Of a stretch of DNA of 41,764 nucleotides, positions 23,371 to 32,240 are shown in pieces (the stretch's first letter is position 1; every line of letters begins with the position of its first letter). The translations under genes and the position numbers were made by a program. This DNA comes from an uncultured Candidatus Saccharibacteria bacterium (lineage in GTDB: Bacteria > Patescibacteriota > Minisyncoccia > CAZCIQ01): positions 1 to 41,764 of the forward strand of contig CAZCIQ010000002.1 in assembly GCA_964499175.1 (NCBI GenBank), read 5' to 3'. Under the pieces are notes generated by a model that saw only the letters and a program-made list of their open reading frames with translations, did no database searches and had not been told where the DNA came from.

Positions 23371-24165
23371 TTATTTTATTTCGTAGGTTAAGGTGACTGT
23401 TATGGATATTTTATTTTCTCCGGTCGGCGTTTCGGGAATAATTGGTCCGCCGCTTGCTTTTCCAAAAGTTTCAAATACGGGATATATAGGAGGAGGCATC
23501 ACCCCTGATTCGGAAAAGCTGGTTAGCTTTCCCAATTTTATATTAAGATTTCCAGAAAGCTCTTTTGCTTTTTCTTTTGCTTTTTGAATAGCGATTTTAC
23601 GCGCTTCTTCTTTTAATTTTTCTTCATCGTCTATTGTGAAAACGAGACCGTATACTTCGTTCGCTCCAGAGGCTGTTGCTCCTTCCAAAATTTTTCCGAC
23701 ATTATTAATATTTTTTATTTTTACTTCCAGATTCTGCCGTGATTCATAACCTTTTAGCACGCTTCCTCTGTTTGCTATGTAATCATACGAGGGATTTAAA
23801 CTGTAAATTGTTGTTTTAATGTCTTTTTCTTCTATCTCTGTTTCTTTTAGAAATTTCATAATTTTATTTATAGCCTCCGCGTTTTTTTGTTGGGCGAGAA
23901 ATGCGGTTTTTTCTGATTTTAAAACCGAGATTTGGACTTTAGCAACATCTGGTTTCGCGAAAACTTCTCCTTCACCGTTCACGCTTATACTATTTATTTG
24001 AGAAATATTTTTGTTTGCGTCTCTGTTTTTCAATTCGTTCACTGATTTAATCGCGAAGAAAACGATTATTACCGCGAGAAACAGAGTCATTAAAAAACCG
24101 ATAACTTTTTTCATTTTTATTAAATACATTTTATCTTGTTCGGATAAAGATTTATCGTTAAGCAT
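23371..24165 (-). CDS. SIMPL-domain (DUF541) protein, membrane-anchored
   Basis: TM helix VIGFLMTLFLAVIIVFFAI. GEGEVFAKPDVAKVQISV and the alternating beta/alpha pattern are typical of SIMPL. The start may be an internal Met. Confidence 0.7.
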   Translation of the reverse strand: MLNDKSLSEQDKMYLIKMKKVIGFLMTLFLAVIIVFFAIKSVNELKNRDANKNISQINSISVNGEGEVFAKPDVAKVQISVLKSEKTAFLAQQKNAEAINKIMKFLKETEIEEKDIKTTIYSLNPSYDYIANRGSVLKGYESRQNLEVKIKNINNVGKILEGATASGANEVYGLVFTIDDEEKLKEEARKIAIQKAKEKAKELSGNLNIKLGKLTSFSESGVMPPPIYPVFETFGKASGGPIIPETPTGENKISITVTLTYEIK

Positions 24166-24225
24166 AATTAATTTAGTTTAAATTATTATATGTAATGGTC
24201 GACCTTTATTTTTATTTTATTTTTT

Positions 24226-25203
24226 TTACGCCACAACATTTGGAGCGTTTTTTCCGTCAAGAACGGCGATAATATTTTCCGCGGCCATTTGAGACATTTT
24301 TTCGCGGGTTTGAATTGTGGCTGACGCGATATGCGGAGTTAAAATAATGTTTGGAAGTTCTGTGAGACCGGGTGTTAAGCTTGGTTCATTTTCAAAAACA
24401 TCAAGCGCCGCGCCTTTTATTGTTTTATTTTGAAGCGCTTCCGTTAGCGCTTTTTCATCTATAATCGGTCCGCGCGAGGTGTTAATTAAATAGGCCGTTG
24501 GTTTCATTAAGGCGAGTTTTTCTTTGTTTATTAAATGGCGGGTTGAGTCTAGCAGAGGAACATGTAGCGATGCATAATCCGCTTCTTTTAATAAATCGTC
24601 AATGTTTTCTTTGAATTCGGCGTTAAATTTTTTTTCAAAGTCTTCATTGCGGCGAATGTCATAATAAATTATTTTTGCGTTAAATCCGTTATGTGCGTGG
24701 TAAGCGACGCGCGATCCTATTCTGCCAAGTCCTATTATCCCCAATGTTTTATGGGAAAAATCGTCTCCCAGTAAAAGCATCGGCGCCCAGCCGCGATATT
24801 TCCCTTCGCGGGTAAATTTATCCGATTCGGCGATTCTGTGGCTTATGGCAAGCATTAAAGAAAACGTGTGTTCGGCAACAGTTTCCGTTAAAACATCGGG
24901 AGTATTTGTTATGATTATTTTACGCGATTTTGCCGCCGTTAAATCAATGTTATCGTATCCCACGGCGTAATTTGCAAAAATTTTGCATGTGTTGCCGGCT
25001 GCTTCAAAAACATTGTTGTCAATTTTGTCCGTTAAAAGGCACAAAACCGCGTCGTAATTTCTTTCTTTTAAAGCCTCGATTAATTCTTCGCGTGATAAAA
25101 CTTTATCTTCGGGGTTTTCAATAACTTCATGCCCTTTCTCTTTTAATAAGTTTATTCCGGATTCCGGAATTTTTCTTGTTATAAATATTTTTGCTTTATC
25201 CAT
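24226..25203 (-). CDS. D-isomer-specific 2-hydroxyacid dehydrogenase (glyoxylate/hydroxypyruvate reductase-like)
   Basis: NAD-binding site GIIGLGRIGSRVA, plus LINTSRGPIIDE, AALDVFENEP and LTPHIASAT. Confidence 0.9.
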   Translation of the reverse strand: MDKAKIFITRKIPESGINLLKEKGHEVIENPEDKVLSREELIEALKERNYDAVLCLLTDKIDNNVFEAAGNTCKIFANYAVGYDNIDLTAAKSRKIIITNTPDVLTETVAEHTFSLMLAISHRIAESDKFTREGKYRGWAPMLLLGDDFSHKTLGIIGLGRIGSRVAYHAHNGFNAKIIYYDIRRNEDFEKKFNAEFKENIDDLLKEADYASLHVPLLDSTRHLINKEKLALMKPTAYLINTSRGPIIDEKALTEALQNKTIKGAALDVFENEPSLTPGLTELPNIILTPHIASATIQTREKMSQMAAENIIAVLDGKNAPNVVA

Positions 25204-25271
25204 ATTTTTTAATGCCGATGATTAATCAGCGATTACCTAGCTCTCCGGGAACTGAGTAATTACAAGGTTAT

Positions 25272-25742
25272 TTATTTTCCGCTTTTAATTTTTAATTTTG
25301 TTTCGCATAATTTAACTCTTGATTCCAAATCTTCAACTTCATAACGAGGAATAAAATGCTCTTTCATTTCTTCAACATCTTGTTTTGTTTCTTTAAAATT
25401 AGCGCTGATATAATTTACTTCTGATTTTATTTCTTTTATGTCAATTTCAATATTTTCAAATCTTTTATCCACGCTTTCAAATCTTTTATCCACGCTTTCA
25501 AAACCTTTGGCTACCGCTAGCGCTAGATTATCGATTTTTTGATCCATTTCTTTTCTGGTTGGCAGATTTTTTATCTCTTCTTTAGTCGCAAGACTTCTTA
25601 TCTCGTCCTTGGTGGCAAGATTTTTCATCTCTTCTTTAGTCGCAAGTTTTCTTATCTCATTTTTGGTAGCGAGATTTTTAATTTTATTCTCTACCGCGTC
25701 TTCTACTATAATTTTTATTTGTTTTAAATCTTTTTCTTTCAT
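25272..25742 (-). CDS. Coiled-coil protein with tandem decapeptide repeats (paralogue of 40728-41102)
   Basis: Five repeats of about 10 aa (NLATKNEIRK / LATKEEMKN / LATKDEIRS / LATKEEIKN / LPTRKEMDQ), then IDNLALAVAKGFESVDKRFESVDKRF. Confidence 0.6.
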   Translation of the reverse strand: MKEKDLKQIKIIVEDAVENKIKNLATKNEIRKLATKEEMKNLATKDEIRSLATKEEIKNLPTRKEMDQKIDNLALAVAKGFESVDKRFESVDKRFENIEIDIKEIKSEVNYISANFKETKQDVEEMKEHFIPRYEVEDLESRVKLCETKLKIKSGK

Positions 25743-25765
25743 ATTTTTTATAATTTTAAGTTGTG

Positions 25766-25837
25766 GGTGGCTAACGGGAATTGGACCCGTATCGGGAGTG
25801 CCACAAACTCCAGTGTTGCCATTACACCATAGCCACC
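25766..25837 (-). tRNA. tRNA-His (anticodon GTG) with genome-encoded G-1
   Basis: The reverse complement folds as G-GTGGCTA-TG-GTGT-AATGGCA-ACAC-T-GGAGT-TTGTGGC-ACTCC-CGAT-ACGGG-TCCAATT-CCCGT-TAGCCAC-C. The T-loop reads TCC rather than the usual TTC. Confidence 0.85.
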
Positions 25838-25882
25838 ATTAATATTAACCCCTGAGTTTTAAAAAAGATGCGGTTTTCCGAA

Positions 25883-26215
25883 TTAACTCATATTAAGAAA
25901 CCTTTTTGTTCTAAAAAAGAATATGGCGGCAAGCGGAGCCGCGATTATAAACATGGCAAGCCCGTTTGACACATCTTCTTTCGCGCGATTAAAATCAACT
26001 TTGCATTCTTTTTGCGGTTCTTCAAATTGCGGAACCGCTTTTTCAGCCGGTATTGACGCGTATTTCATTGGTTTAAAATCGCAAGTTTCCACTTTAAAAA
26101 CATAAGCCCTGAAAATAGCCGTGAGCATTTTTCCCGCTCCAAATAAGGCGGCAATGGTTGATACCACGAATATAACCAAAAGCGCCATTATGAATATAAA
26201 TTTAAGCCAATTCAT
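25883..26215 (-). CDS. Small two-helix membrane protein
   Basis: 110 aa with hydrophobic N- and C-terminal helices. It is preceded by copy 1 of the 30-bp repeat. Confidence 0.5.
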   Translation of the reverse strand: MNWLKFIFIMALLVIFVVSTIAALFGAGKMLTAIFRAYVFKVETCDFKPMKYASIPAEKAVPQFEEPQKECKVDFNRAKEDVSNGLAMFIIAAPLAAIFFFRTKRFLNMS

Positions 26216-26228
26216 AAATAAATATTAC

Positions 26229-26258
26229 TATAAATACAAATTAAAAACAAGATTCAGG
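26229..26258 (-). repeat. 30-bp perfect direct repeat, copy 1 (upstream of the 110-aa membrane protein gene)
   Basis: tataaatacaaattaaaaacaagattcagg is identical to 28637-28666. Confidence 0.85.
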
Positions 26259-26283
26259 TAATACTCATCTGGTTTGTTATTAT

Positions 26284-28563
26284 CTATTTAGTTCCAAAAT
26301 ATAGTTGCAGTTGGTTATTTTGGATGTTTTTCCAGACAACGCTATATTTATTATTTCCCCAAACTATATAAGCGTTATCATTATCACCAGATATTGTAGA
26401 TATGAGCTCGTTATTAATTGTAATGCTGGTGCTTGAACTTATGGATTTAAAGTAGATTTTTGATTCTGGATAAGACGTCCATGCAATACTATAGTCCACA
26501 TCGGTTTTGACAACCGACGGACGTATTTCGTTATCTCCTTTCGTGTTTAGATTTTGATTCACAAGAATTTTATTACCTGTTGCGTCCAATTTGGCCACAT
26601 ATATGCTGTTTGCATTAACATTAGATGCCGCGCTCTCTCGCCAAAAAACAATATAATTTTCACTATCGGCAAAAATTTGAGGACTCCCAACACTACCAGC
26701 CCCAGAAACCTTAATATCATTACTAATCAGCTTGTCTCCATTATTATTCAAAATATTAAAGTAAAGAGCGGGGTTATTCGAATCCCCCGAATCTCTAATA
26801 TCTTGCCAAAGTACCCCGATATTTAAACCGTTTAAGTGCGCGGATACTATTGGCCCATTTGCAGCTCTTGCATCTCCACTAGTTATTGATTTCTTCTTGT
26901 TTATAATAACCGTTTGCCCGTCAGCGGCAATTTTTGAAAAATAAATTATTTTTGTAGACACATACGGGTTATTAAAGTAATCTGGCCATCCACCAGACCA
27001 AATAAGAACGTACTCATTGCCAGTCCAAATAATAGCTGGCCTTTCGGTGTCGGCATTATCAGTCCCTGCGGTCACGGCGATATTAGAAAGCACATTTCCA
27101 TCTATATCTAAGATGGCAAAACGTATGTTATGAGGATTTGCTTCGGGCCATACAATACCGTATTTTGAGCCATCCCATACAATATTCGTCCAAAATACAT
27201 AGTTTGGGGCAGTCGCAAAAATAACGGGCTCGCCTAACTTATTACCGTTTGAATCAAGTTTTAGAAAATACAATTTTCCATTCCAGCCGTAGATAACGCC
27301 ATAACCGTTGCCGTTCCAAGCAGTAGATTGATACTCCCCGCTAACACCTAATGAATTATTACTCCAACTAGATACAGTAGATGGCGGCGGAAGCGGAATT
27401 AAAGTAGAAAATGATTGTTCGGTGCTTGTTGCTGTATTTCCAGTCGTATCTTTTGAAACGACAACATAATAATAAACCTTAGAAGCAGACAGGTTAATTA
27501 AATTAATAATATGACTAGTTGTATTATTGGAATCAATGATATTAAATGTGGTAGTTGCTGAAACAAGAGAACTTATTGCGTAACTTACTTTACTATACGA
27601 TAATTCATCCGTAGTCCAAGTGATAGTTGCGGATGTTTCTGTAATATTTGTTGTTTGAATATTTGAGATTGTTGGTGGCGTAATATCTGTTGTCGGCGTT
27701 GATGACGCCGTGGCTACAGTAGTGGTGGCAGAAGTTGATGAAACGGTTGTAGCTGTTGTCGCGGTTGAAGGAATAGATTGCGTTGTTGAAATGGATGACG
27801 CGGCTTGAGTTGCGGTTGTGGCTGTAGCGGCGGCGGACGCGCTGTTTGTCGCAGTTGCGGCAGAAGTTGATGAAGCAGTTGTAGTTGTTGTCGCGGTAAT
27901 CGCGGAATTTATTCCTGTTCCTGAAATGGTAGTCGTTGCTAATGATAATGTGGTTGTCGCTACTATTAATGTTGAAGTGGCAACGATTGGAGTCGTGGTC
28001 GCATAAATTTCAATTTTTTTCTGAATTCCAGGAGCGATTAAAAGTCCGGGCGGGATTATGCCGAATGTTCCAACGTCTTGTTCTATAAGATTCTGTACCA
28101 TTCCTTTTCCAATTTCTTGGAATTTAGCGATAGTTTTAGATCCTACAATTCCTGCTGGTTTAATTCCGTTTTTTTCCTGCCATTTTTTGAGAGCTTTTTC
28201 TGTAAGCGGGCCAAAATATCCCGTAATTAATCTTTCGGGATATATTTTTTTGTCTTGAGACAAGAATTTTTGGAGTTCGCGAACATCATTTCCGTATGAC
28301 CCGCGATATAAATTTCGAGTTAATTTTGGCGGCATTGCTTCTTTTGGCGCGGTGGACGACGCTATTTCTGGCTGATTGCTAAATTCTGATTGAATTGATG
28401 ATACTTGTTGCTGTAAATCCTGAATTTGTTTTACTAAATCTTGGACTTGTTTTAAAAGTTGTTTTATTAAAGATTCTTGATCAATGTTTTGGGCAAATGA
28501 AAAAATAGGAGTAATAAAAAAGATCGTGATAAAAAATAAAGTTAAAAATTTTTTTTGAGGCAT
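26284..28563 (-). CDS. Secreted protein: peptidoglycan-binding domain, T/S/A-rich linker, fibronectin type III domain and C-terminal propeller-like repeats
   Basis: I chose the start at MPQKKFLTLFFITIFFITPIFSFA (signal peptide). The PG_binding_1-like region is YGNDVRELQKFLSQ..GYFGPLTEKALKKWQEKNGI. The FN3-like region is PPTISNIQTTNITETSATITWTTDELSYSKVSY. About seven repeats end in a x-Y-x-(V/I)-x-W pattern. Confidence 0.8.
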   Translation of the reverse strand: MPQKKFLTLFFITIFFITPIFSFAQNIDQESLIKQLLKQVQDLVKQIQDLQQQVSSIQSEFSNQPEIASSTAPKEAMPPKLTRNLYRGSYGNDVRELQKFLSQDKKIYPERLITGYFGPLTEKALKKWQEKNGIKPAGIVGSKTIAKFQEIGKGMVQNLIEQDVGTFGIIPPGLLIAPGIQKKIEIYATTTPIVATSTLIVATTTLSLATTTISGTGINSAITATTTTTASSTSAATATNSASAAATATTATQAASSISTTQSIPSTATTATTVSSTSATTTVATASSTPTTDITPPTISNIQTTNITETSATITWTTDELSYSKVSYAISSLVSATTTFNIIDSNNTTSHIINLINLSASKVYYYVVVSKDTTGNTATSTEQSFSTLIPLPPPSTVSSWSNNSLGVSGEYQSTAWNGNGYGVIYGWNGKLYFLKLDSNGNKLGEPVIFATAPNYVFWTNIVWDGSKYGIVWPEANPHNIRFAILDIDGNVLSNIAVTAGTDNADTERPAIIWTGNEYVLIWSGGWPDYFNNPYVSTKIIYFSKIAADGQTVIINKKKSITSGDARAANGPIVSAHLNGLNIGVLWQDIRDSGDSNNPALYFNILNNNGDKLISNDIKVSGAGSVGSPQIFADSENYIVFWRESAASNVNANSIYVAKLDATGNKILVNQNLNTKGDNEIRPSVVKTDVDYSIAWTSYPESKIYFKSISSSTSITINNELISTISGDNDNAYIVWGNNKYSVVWKNIQNNQLQLYFGTK

Positions 28564-28636
28564 ATATATAATTAGACTATCATGCCTTTTTTTTAAAAAG
28601 AAGCATAAGTTATCCACAATGTTATGAAATTTTGCG

Positions 28637-28666
28637 TATAAATACAAATTAAAAACAAGATTCAGG
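28637..28666 (-). repeat. 30-bp perfect direct repeat, copy 2 (upstream of the 26284-28563 gene)
   Basis: Identical to 26229-26258. Confidence 0.85.
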
Positions 28667-28712
28667 CAGGTTGCGATTGAAAATATTATTATAATTTTTA
28701 TACTTTATTATT

Positions 28713-29654
28713 ATGGACATTAATGATTTAAACGATTTAAAAAAGGATTTGAATTTTTCTTTATCAGAGGAAGATTTAGATAAAGCCAAAAAATCAATAG
28801 AAGGGCTTATAAGAAAGGTTAATCTTTCAGCCCAAATTTCTTTAAAAGAAATAGAACAAGAACTGAAAAAAACGGAAAAGATTTATGAATCTTATCTTTT
28901 TTTGGGCATAATGACGCGACTGTTACAGGAGAATAAAGACGATTTGGTGATAGAAGTTTTTTTACCTTCCATTACCGCCTGGAAGAATTTTTTGCCTTGC
29001 GACGATTTAGGCGGCCTTTCGCCGGTTGAATACGAGAGAAAACATCCAAGAGGTGTCTCTGAAACATTGATTACCGCGCAACTTCTTATGGATTATCATA
29101 AACGGCTGAAAGTTTTAGACAAACAGAGAAGAGAAATAATTGACGCGGAAAAAGATTTCCAAAAATTTCAAAATGATTTTTTAGAGCTTATACCTTTGAA
29201 TCAGCCGTTTCAAGATGTGGAAAAAATATTAAATAACAGGGAAATTATAGTGGAAGAAAGAAAAAGAAACGGGTATCCGGAAGACAAAATTGATAAAATT
29301 TCCATAGCTTTATTTGCCGAAAATATCGCTTCAAAAATCGGAAATGGCATTGCCGAGCTTGAAGATGGTTATCTCTCGGCGCTTGAAGAATTAAGTTTTA
29401 TGCAAGAGAGAAAAAAGCAAAGAGGCATTGGAAAAGTAAAGCGAATTTTTAAAAGTTTTTTAAGGTTGGAGCCGTTTATGAAATGTACCAAAGATTCATT
29501 CAGATTTTATAAAAATTTCGCGAACGCCGCTTTTCTTTGCGATTTTGAAGAGATGGCCCTGGAATTGCTTCGGAAATCGCTTTTAATAAACCCGAATTAC
29601 AAAGAAGCAAAACAGGCGTTAGAATCTTTTAAAGAATTTTATGGAAAAATATAA
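28713..29654 (+). CDS. Hypothetical protein (313 aa) with a TPR-like C-terminus
   Basis: ORF with a C-terminal helical repeat (ALELLRKSLLINPNYKEAKQALE). It overlaps the leuS start by 14 nt. Confidence 0.6.
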   Translation: MDINDLNDLKKDLNFSLSEEDLDKAKKSIEGLIRKVNLSAQISLKEIEQELKKTEKIYESYLFLGIMTRLLQENKDDLVIEVFLPSITAWKNFLPCDDLGGLSPVEYERKHPRGVSETLITAQLLMDYHKRLKVLDKQRREIIDAEKDFQKFQNDFLELIPLNQPFQDVEKILNNREIIVEERKRNGYPEDKIDKISIALFAENIASKIGNGIAELEDGYLSALEELSFMQERKKQRGIGKVKRIFKSFLRLEPFMKCTKDSFRFYKNFANAAFLCDFEEMALELLRKSLLINPNYKEAKQALESFKEFYGKI

Positions 29655-32181
29655 TCATAAAAAAATTGAAAGCAGGTGGCAAAAAGAGTGGGAGAAAAAA
29701 GGAATTTATAACGCGAAAGATTTTTCCCGCAAACCGAAATTTTACGCGCTTATTGAGTTTCCTTATCCTTCGGGCGAAGGTCTTCATGTGGGGCACATAA
29801 GAAGCAATACGGCAATGGATATAATAGCAAGGAAACGCCGGATGCAGGGATTTAATGTTCTTTATCCCATAGGATGGGACGCTTTTGGCTTGCCTACTGA
29901 AAATTATGCTATAAAAATGGGTTTGCATCCTAAAATTGTTACAAAAAAAAATACCGATAACTTTAGGCGGCAGCTTAAAAGTTTGGGATTTTCGTTTGAT
30001 TGGACAAGAGAAATAAATACAACGGATCCAAATTATTACAAATGGACACAATGGATATTTTTAAAATTCTTTGAACAAGGGCTTGCCTACAAGAAAAAAA
30101 TGCCTATAAATTGGTGCCCGTCATGCAAAATAGGATTGGCTAACGAAGAAGTTGTAAATGGCGCCTGCGAAAGGTGCGGCGCGGAAGCGGAAAAAAAAGA
30201 AAAAGAACAATGGATTTTAAAAATCACGGAGTACGCGGATAAACTTCTTCGCGATTTAAACACAGTTGATTATTTGGATAAAATTAAAATTCAACAGGAA
30301 AATTGGATAGGACGTTCGGAAGGAGCCGTGATAAAATTTTCAATTTCTAATTTTCAATTTTCAATTGAAGTATTCACCACGCGACCAGACACTTTGTTTG
30401 GCTGCACTTATTTAACTCTTTCTCCAGAGCACGAACTGATTAATAATCTAAAGGGAAAAATAGAAAATTGGAGCGAAGTTCTAAAATACGTTAAAGAAAC
30501 AAAAAAGAAATCGGATTTGCAAAGAACAAATTTGTCAAAAGAAAAAACAGGCGTGGAATTAAAAGGCGTAAAAGCTATAAATTCGGCAAATAATGAAGAA
30601 ATTCCAATTTGGATATCGGATTATGTTTTGGCAAGCTATGGAACGGGCGCGATAATGGCGGTGCCCGCGCACGACGAACGGGATTTTGAGTTTGCAAAAA
30701 AATTCAGTCTCCCGATAAAAATGGTTATTTGCCCTAATTACCCGGAACCGATTTGTCCGGTTTTGGAAAGCGCTTATATCGGAAGTGGACATCTTGTGGG
30801 ATCGGAAAAATTTACCGGAATGGAATCGGAAAAAGCAAAAACGGAAATAATATTTTGGCTTTCTCAAAGAGGTTTGGCGAAAAAAGAAGTAAATTTTAAA
30901 TTGCGGGATTGGATTTTTTCTCGTCAACATTATTGGGGAGAACCGATTCCGTTAATTTTTTGCGAGAATTGCAAAAAACAAGCGGAAAATTTTCAATTTT
31001 CAATTTCTAATTTTCAAAAAAAATCCAAAATCCAAAATTTAAAAAACGAATTCAATAAAGGCGAAATATTAAATCCTGGTTGGATTGCTGTTTCGGAAAA
31101 TGCTTTGCCCGTTGAATTGCCGAACGTTAAAAAATATCAGCCGACAGATACCGGTGAATCGCCTCTTTCTTCAATCTCAAAATGGGTAAATGTTAAATGC
31201 CCGAAATGCGGCGGTAAAGCAAAAAGAGAAACAGACACTATGCCGAATTGGGCCGGGTCAAGCTGGTATTACCTCGCATATTTAATGCGAGGAATTTCCA
31301 ATTTCCAATTTCCAATTTCCAAATATAAAAAGATATTTAATTATTGGACGCCTGTGGATTGGTACAATGGCGGTATGGAGCACACCACTCTTCATCTTTT
31401 GTATTCCAGATTTTGGAATAAATTTTTATATGATTTAAAACTTGTTCCATATAGTGAACCATATAAAAAAAGGACATCGCATGGAATGGTCTTAGGCCAC
31501 GGAGGAGAAAAAATGTCAAAGTCCCGCGGCAATGTTATAAATCCGGATGGTCTTATAAAACAATTTGGAGCCGACACCGTGCGGCTTTACGAAATGTTTA
31601 TGGGACCTTTTGACCAAGCGATAGCGTGGGATAATCATGGAATTTTGGGGACAAACAGATTTTTAGGAAAGGTCTGGAATATAGGCGTAAGTAAAAAAAT
31701 GTTAGAAAAAATTAAAAATGAAATTTTGGAAAAATCTTTGCACCGCCTTATAAAAAAAGTTTCAGAAGATATAGAAAATATGAATTTTAACACTGTCGTT
31801 TCATCTTTAATGATATTTGTGAATGACTGCTATGCTTTGGAAAAAATTCCGAAAAATATTTGGATGACATTCTTAAAACTTTTATCCCCTTTCGCGCCGC
31901 ATATTACGGAAGAATTATGGCATCGTCTCGGAAACAAAAGTTCAATTCATATGTCAGACTGGCCAAAATATGACGGGAAAAAAATACAGGAAGAAACATG
32001 TTTAATTGTGGTGCAAGTGAATGGAAAAGTTCGCGACATTTTTCAGGCAGAGCGGAATATCAGCGAAGAAGAAGTAAAAGAATTGGCGTTAAACAGAGAA
32101 AAAATTAAAAATTATTTATCCACCACCGTTCCTAAAAAAATAATTTATATTCCTTGTAAAATAATAAATATTGTAATATAA
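29641..32181 (+). CDS. leuS: Leucyl-tRNA synthetase
   Basis: It starts MEKYNHKKIESRWQKEW. The HIGH-type motif is PYPSGEGLHVGH. Also present are VFTTRPDTLFG, AVPAHDERDFEFAKK, RDWIFSRQHYWGEPIP and the KMSKS motif. Confidence 0.95.
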   Translation: MEKYNHKKIESRWQKEWEKKGIYNAKDFSRKPKFYALIEFPYPSGEGLHVGHIRSNTAMDIIARKRRMQGFNVLYPIGWDAFGLPTENYAIKMGLHPKIVTKKNTDNFRRQLKSLGFSFDWTREINTTDPNYYKWTQWIFLKFFEQGLAYKKKMPINWCPSCKIGLANEEVVNGACERCGAEAEKKEKEQWILKITEYADKLLRDLNTVDYLDKIKIQQENWIGRSEGAVIKFSISNFQFSIEVFTTRPDTLFGCTYLTLSPEHELINNLKGKIENWSEVLKYVKETKKKSDLQRTNLSKEKTGVELKGVKAINSANNEEIPIWISDYVLASYGTGAIMAVPAHDERDFEFAKKFSLPIKMVICPNYPEPICPVLESAYIGSGHLVGSEKFTGMESEKAKTEIIFWLSQRGLAKKEVNFKLRDWIFSRQHYWGEPIPLIFCENCKKQAENFQFSISNFQKKSKIQNLKNEFNKGEILNPGWIAVSENALPVELPNVKKYQPTDTGESPLSSISKWVNVKCPKCGGKAKRETDTMPNWAGSSWYYLAYLMRGISNFQFPISKYKKIFNYWTPVDWYNGGMEHTTLHLLYSRFWNKFLYDLKLVPYSEPYKKRTSHGMVLGHGGEKMSKSRGNVINPDGLIKQFGADTVRLYEMFMGPFDQAIAWDNHGILGTNRFLGKVWNIGVSKKMLEKIKNEILEKSLHRLIKKVSEDIENMNFNTVVSSLMIFVNDCYALEKIPKNIWMTFLKLLSPFAPHITEELWHRLGNKSSIHMSDWPKYDGKKIQEETCLIVVQVNGKVRDIFQAERNISEEEVKELALNREKIKNYLSTTVPKKIIYIPCKIINIVI
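30337..30364 (+). repeat. In-frame heptamer tandem repeat inside leuS, tract 1: (TTTTCAA/TTTCTAA) x4
   Basis: Read directly from the sequence; it translates as FSISNFQFS. Confidence 0.8.
30990..31047 (+). repeat. In-frame heptamer tandem repeats inside leuS, tract 2: (TTTTCAA/TTTCTAA) x4 then (AAAATCC/AAAATTT) x4
   Basis: Read directly from the sequence; it translates as NFQFSISNFQKKSKIQNLK. Confidence 0.8.
31272..31320 (+). repeat. Hairpin plus in-frame heptamer repeat inside leuS, tract 3: (AATTTCC) x4
   Basis: An 8-bp stem cctcgcat-attta-atgcgagg (31272-31292) is followed immediately by four AATTTCC units (31293-31320). The region translates as LMRGISNFQFPIS. Confidence 0.8.
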
Positions 32182-32240
32182 TTTCCGAAGATATTGAAAT
32201 CTTTAAAAAACTTAAAAACGATGGAAAATAGGAGAGAAAA

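Noticed and set aside
25455-25700. Regular 30-bp and 21-bp tandem repeats that could look like a mini-CRISPR array; the same applies to 40891-40980
   Set aside because: The units are contiguous with no spacers. They are in frame within ORFs and encode amphipathic decapeptide or heptapeptide repeats. No cas genes are present.
15009-28563. Diversity-generating retroelement targeting the two large surface proteins
   Set aside because: No reverse transcriptase ORF is present. I could not find a template/variable repeat pair differing at adenines. The internal duplications at about 27729-27900 are T/S/A-rich linker repeats.
29629-30051. 140-aa minus-strand ORF, plus other antisense ORFs inside leuS, gyrA, glmS and the ATPase
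   Set aside because: They are embedded antisense in strongly supported conserved genes, and their products have no motifs.
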